Of a stretch of 64,000 nt of DNA, positions 60,788 through 64,000 are shown one piece after another. The stretch's first letter is position 1. Each line of letters opens with the position of its first letter. Source of the stretch: the human T2T-CHM13v2.0 reference genome, Homo sapiens. The stretch is from assembly GCF_009914755.1 (NCBI RefSeq), contig NC_060943.1; one strand, written 5' to 3'. Below the pieces are notes generated by a model. The model was given only the letters and a program-made list of their open reading frames with translations, was not told the DNA's origin and searched no databases. Made by a program: the position numbers and the translations under genes.

Positions 60788-60905
60788 GGGACTGGGGGTC
60801 TTTTCCTAACCTATTTGAGCCTCAATCTCCACGTCTGTGGAATGGGGACAATGATAATCCCTCCATCATTAGGTCACTCTAAAGATCCATAAGTTGTGCA
60901 ACAGG

Positions 60906-62820
60906 TGTCAGCTGCTTTGACTGTGGCTGTCGTTCCGACTCCGACGGTCCCGTGGCCCCTCAGCAGGAGCGTCGGCTGCTTTGACTGTGGCTGTCGTTCC
61001 GACTCCGACGGTCCCGTGGGCTCTCAGCAGGAGCGTCGGCTGGTTTGACCGTGGCTGTCGTTCTGACTCTGATGGTCCCGTGGCCCCTCAGCAGGAGCGT
61101 CGGCTGCTTTGACTGTGGCTGTCGTTCCTACTCCGACGGTCCCGTGGCCCCTCAGCAGGAGCGTCGGCTGCTTTGACCGTGGCTGTCGTTCCGACTCCGA
61201 CGGTCCCGTGGGCTCTCAGCAGGAGCGTCGGCTGGTTTGACCGTGGCTGTCGTTCTGACTCTGATGGTCCCGTGGCCCCTCAGCAGGAGCGTCGGCTGGT
61301 TTGACTGTGGCTGTCGTTCCGACTCTGACGGTCCCGTGGGCCCTCAGGAGGAGCATCAGCTGGTTTGACTGTGGCTGTCGTTCCGACTCCGACGGTCCCG
61401 TGGGCCCTCAGGAGGAGCATCAGCTGGTTTGACTGTGGCTGTCGTTCCGACTCCGACGGTCCCGTGGGCCCTCAGGAGGAGCATCAGCTGGTTTGACTGT
61501 GGCTGTCGTTCCGACTCTGACAGTCCCGTGGGCCCTCAGGAGGAGCGTCGGCTGGTTTGACTGTGGCTGTCGTTCCTACTCCGACGGTCCCGTGGCCCCT
61601 CAGCAAGAGCATCGGCTGGTTTGACTGTGGCTGTCGTTCCGACTCTGACGGTCCCGTGGGCTCTCAGGAGGAGCGTCGGCTGGTTTGACTGTGGCTGTCG
61701 TTCCTACTCCGACGGTCCCGTGGCCCCTCAGCAGGAGCATCGGCTGGTTTGACTGTGGCTGTCGTTCCGACTCCGACGGTCCCGTGGGCTCTCAGGAGGA
61801 GCGTCGGCTGGTTTGACTGTGGCTGTCGTTCCGACTCTGACAGTCCCGTGGGCCCTCAGGAGGAGCATCAGCTGGTTTGACTGTGGCTGTCGTTCCGACT
61901 CCGACGGTCCCGTGGCCCCTCAGCAGGAGCGTCGGCTGGTTTGACTGTGGCTGTCGTTCCGACTCCGACGGTCCCGTGGCCCCTCAGCAGGAGCATCAGC
62001 TGGTTTGACTGTGGCTGTCGTTCCGACTCCGACGGTCCCGTGGCCCCTCAGCAGGAGCGTCGGCTGGTTTGACTGTGGCTGTCGTTCCGACTCCGACGGT
62101 CCCGTGGCCCCTCAGCAGGAGCGTCGGCTGGTTTGACTGTGGCTGTCGTTCCGACTCCGACGGTCCCGTGGCCCCTCAGCAGGAGCGTCGGCTGGTTTGA
62201 CTGTGGCTGTCGTTCCGACTCCGACGGTCCCGTGGCCCCTCAGCAGGAGCGTCGGCTGGTTTGACTGTGGCTGTCGTTCCTACTCCGACGGTCCCGTGGG
62301 CCCTCAGGAGGAGCGTCGGCTGGTTTGACTGTGGCTGTCGTTCCGACTCCGACGGTCCCGTGGCCCCTCAGCAGGAGCGTCGGCTGGTTTGACTGTGGCT
62401 GTCGTTCCGACTCCGACGGTCCCGTGGCCCCTCAGCAGGAGCGTCGGCTGGTTTGACTGTGGCTGTCGTTCCGACTCCGACGGTCCCGTGGCCCCTCAGC
62501 AGGAGCGTCGGCTGGTTTGACTGTGGCTGTCGTTCCGACTCCGACGGTCCCGTGGGCCCTCAGGAGGAGCGTCAGCTGCTTTGACTGTGGCTGTCGTTCC
62601 GACTCCGACGGTCCCGTGGGCCCTCAGCAGGAGCGTCGGCTGCTTTGACTGTGGCTGTCGTTCCGACTCCGACGGTCCCGTGGCCCCTCAGCAGGAGCGT
62701 CGGCTGGTTTGACTGTGGCTGTCGTTCCGACTCCGACGGTCCCGTGGCCCCTCAGCAGGAGCGTCGGCTGGTTTGACTGTGGCTGTCGTTCCGACTCCGA
62801 CGGTCCCGTGGGCCCTCAGG
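60906..62820. repeat. 64-bp CpG-rich minisatellite, ~30 copies, just downstream of THEG
   Basis: GTCGGCTGGTTTGACTGTGGCTGTCGTTCCGACTCCGACGGTCCCGTGGCCCCTCAGCAGGAGC tandem array. Confidence 0.97.
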
Positions 62821-63058
62821 AATGGACGAATAAGTCTGGACTGAAGAGATTCAGAAGGCGCTCGAGATGGTCAATGAAAGTGACTCGGAAAATAAACAGC
62901 TGGACAAGTCGCAGGTTGGATGCAAAAATAAATATTATTGTCCTCCTCATCCTTCTTTTGGCCTTCTAGCCCGCCCTCCCTTCTCCAGGCCAAAAAGCTC
63001 AGAATAATCACATACACAGGGTTAGGGTGCCTGAGGGTGTTTACTGGGAGCGGAGGTC

Positions 63059-63285
63059 TTAGAGGCCAGGCCTGGGTTGATCACACTTTTCTGGTGATGC
63101 TTTTGGGGGTGGCAAGCTCATAGAGGCGAGGGGACGCCTGTCGTATCCCTCGTTGAGGCCCTTGCGCACTTTGGGCTTGGCCAGGGAGATGATCCGGGGG
63201 CTGGCCACCACCTTCTTGGTGACATCCAGCACCTCCCAGCGAGGATCTCGGTCAGGAACGCACTTGTCCGACTGAGCTTTGGGCC
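63059..63285 (-). CDS. THEG: THEG (SPMAP2, testicular haploid expressed gene) last coding exon
   Basis: ctcttctgcccccactag acceptor; encodes (R)PKAQSDKCVPDRDPRWEV...ASPRIISLAKPK...DQPRPGL-TAA with the THEG-repeat 'R...LA.PK' motif. Upstream exons are outside the window. Confidence 0.9.
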
Positions 63286-63344
63286 CTAGTGGGGGCAGAA
63301 GAGAAGGACAGCACTGAAGCTCAAACCTCAAAGCTCCACATTCA

Positions 63345-63619
63345 GGCTGGGCATGGGAGCTCACACCTGGAATCCCAGCACTGTGGAAGGCTGAGGCAGG
63401 TGGATCACCTGAGGTCAGGAGTTAGAGATCAGCCTGGCCAACATGATGAAACCTCGTCTCTACTAAAAATACAAGAATTAGCTGAGCGTGGTGGTGCGTC
63501 TCTAGTCCCAGCTACTCGGGAGGTTGAGGCATGAGGATGGCTTGAACTTGGGAGGCAGAAGTTGCAGTGAGCGCAGATCGCGTCACTGCACTCCAGCCTG
63601 GGCAACAGAGCAAGACTCC

Positions 63620-63650
<31 letters not shown>
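63345..63650 (+). mobile_element. Alu in the last THEG intron, TSD AAAGCTCC.CATTCA
   Basis: Alu consensus. Confidence 0.93.
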
Positions 63651-63660
<10 letters not shown>

Positions 63661-64000
63661 TCAAACGGCCTGCTCATCAGCAGAGAAACGGAGGATGAAA
63701 ATGTAGTCCACTCAGAGTGGAATATGACTCAGCCAAGAAAAGGAACGAGGCTCTAGCACCAGCTACAGCATGGCTGAGCCTTGAGGACAGCATGTGCTGC
63801 GAGAGACCAGAGACACGAAAGGACACACAGTGTGTGATTCCATTTATACAAATGTCCAGGACAGGCCAATCCAGAGTCCGGAAGTGAACGTGTAGGTGCC
63901 AGGGGCTGGGAGACGGGAATGGGGAGTGACAGCTGATGGGGGCGGGGCTGCCTTCTGAAGGCATAAAAAGGTTCTGAAATTGACTGTGGTGGTGGTTGCA

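Noticed and set aside
60906-62820. CTCF-like motif (CCTGCTGAGGGGC) in the 64-bp unit
   Set aside because: Mismatches at several core positions; not supportable without a PWM scan or ChIP data.
63022-63027. TTAGGG near the THEG stop
   Set aside because: Single hexamer, not an interstitial telomeric array.

Overview
Human genomic DNA. The MIER2-THEG gene order places it at distal 19p13.3 (recognised from the protein sequences, not from a database search). The window contains the complete MIER2 gene on the - strand: 14 coding exons from ATG at 46216 to TGA at 8642, all GT-AG. I reconstructed a 1638-nt CDS (545 aa) of the ELM2-SANT co-repressor family, with a CpG-island promoter at ~45.6-46.9 kb. 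The last coding exon of THEG/SPMAP2 (- strand) lies at 63059-63285. The rest is dense in Alus, fragmented old L1s, LTR and DNA-transposon relics, and about 11 minisatellite/VNTR arrays (~11 kb, roughly 18% of the window). No RNA gene, CRISPR array or other clearly new gene is supported, and I cannot demonstrate a new biological system. The best leads are: (i) several VNTRs appear to have been amplified out of ancient L1 ORF1/3' sequence; (ii) one of them forms a frame-preserving 685-codon ORF with a strong Kozak ATG and a downstream bidirectional polyA signal shared with MIER2; (iii) VNTRs pack against MIER2 splice sites, including a UG-tract/cryptic-acceptor array and an intron built almost entirely from a repeat; (iv) MIER2 has in-frame or NMD-escaping retainable introns. 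Most long ORFs in the ORF track are repeat or Alu artefacts. Repeat family names come from recalled consensus sequences and their boundaries are approximate.
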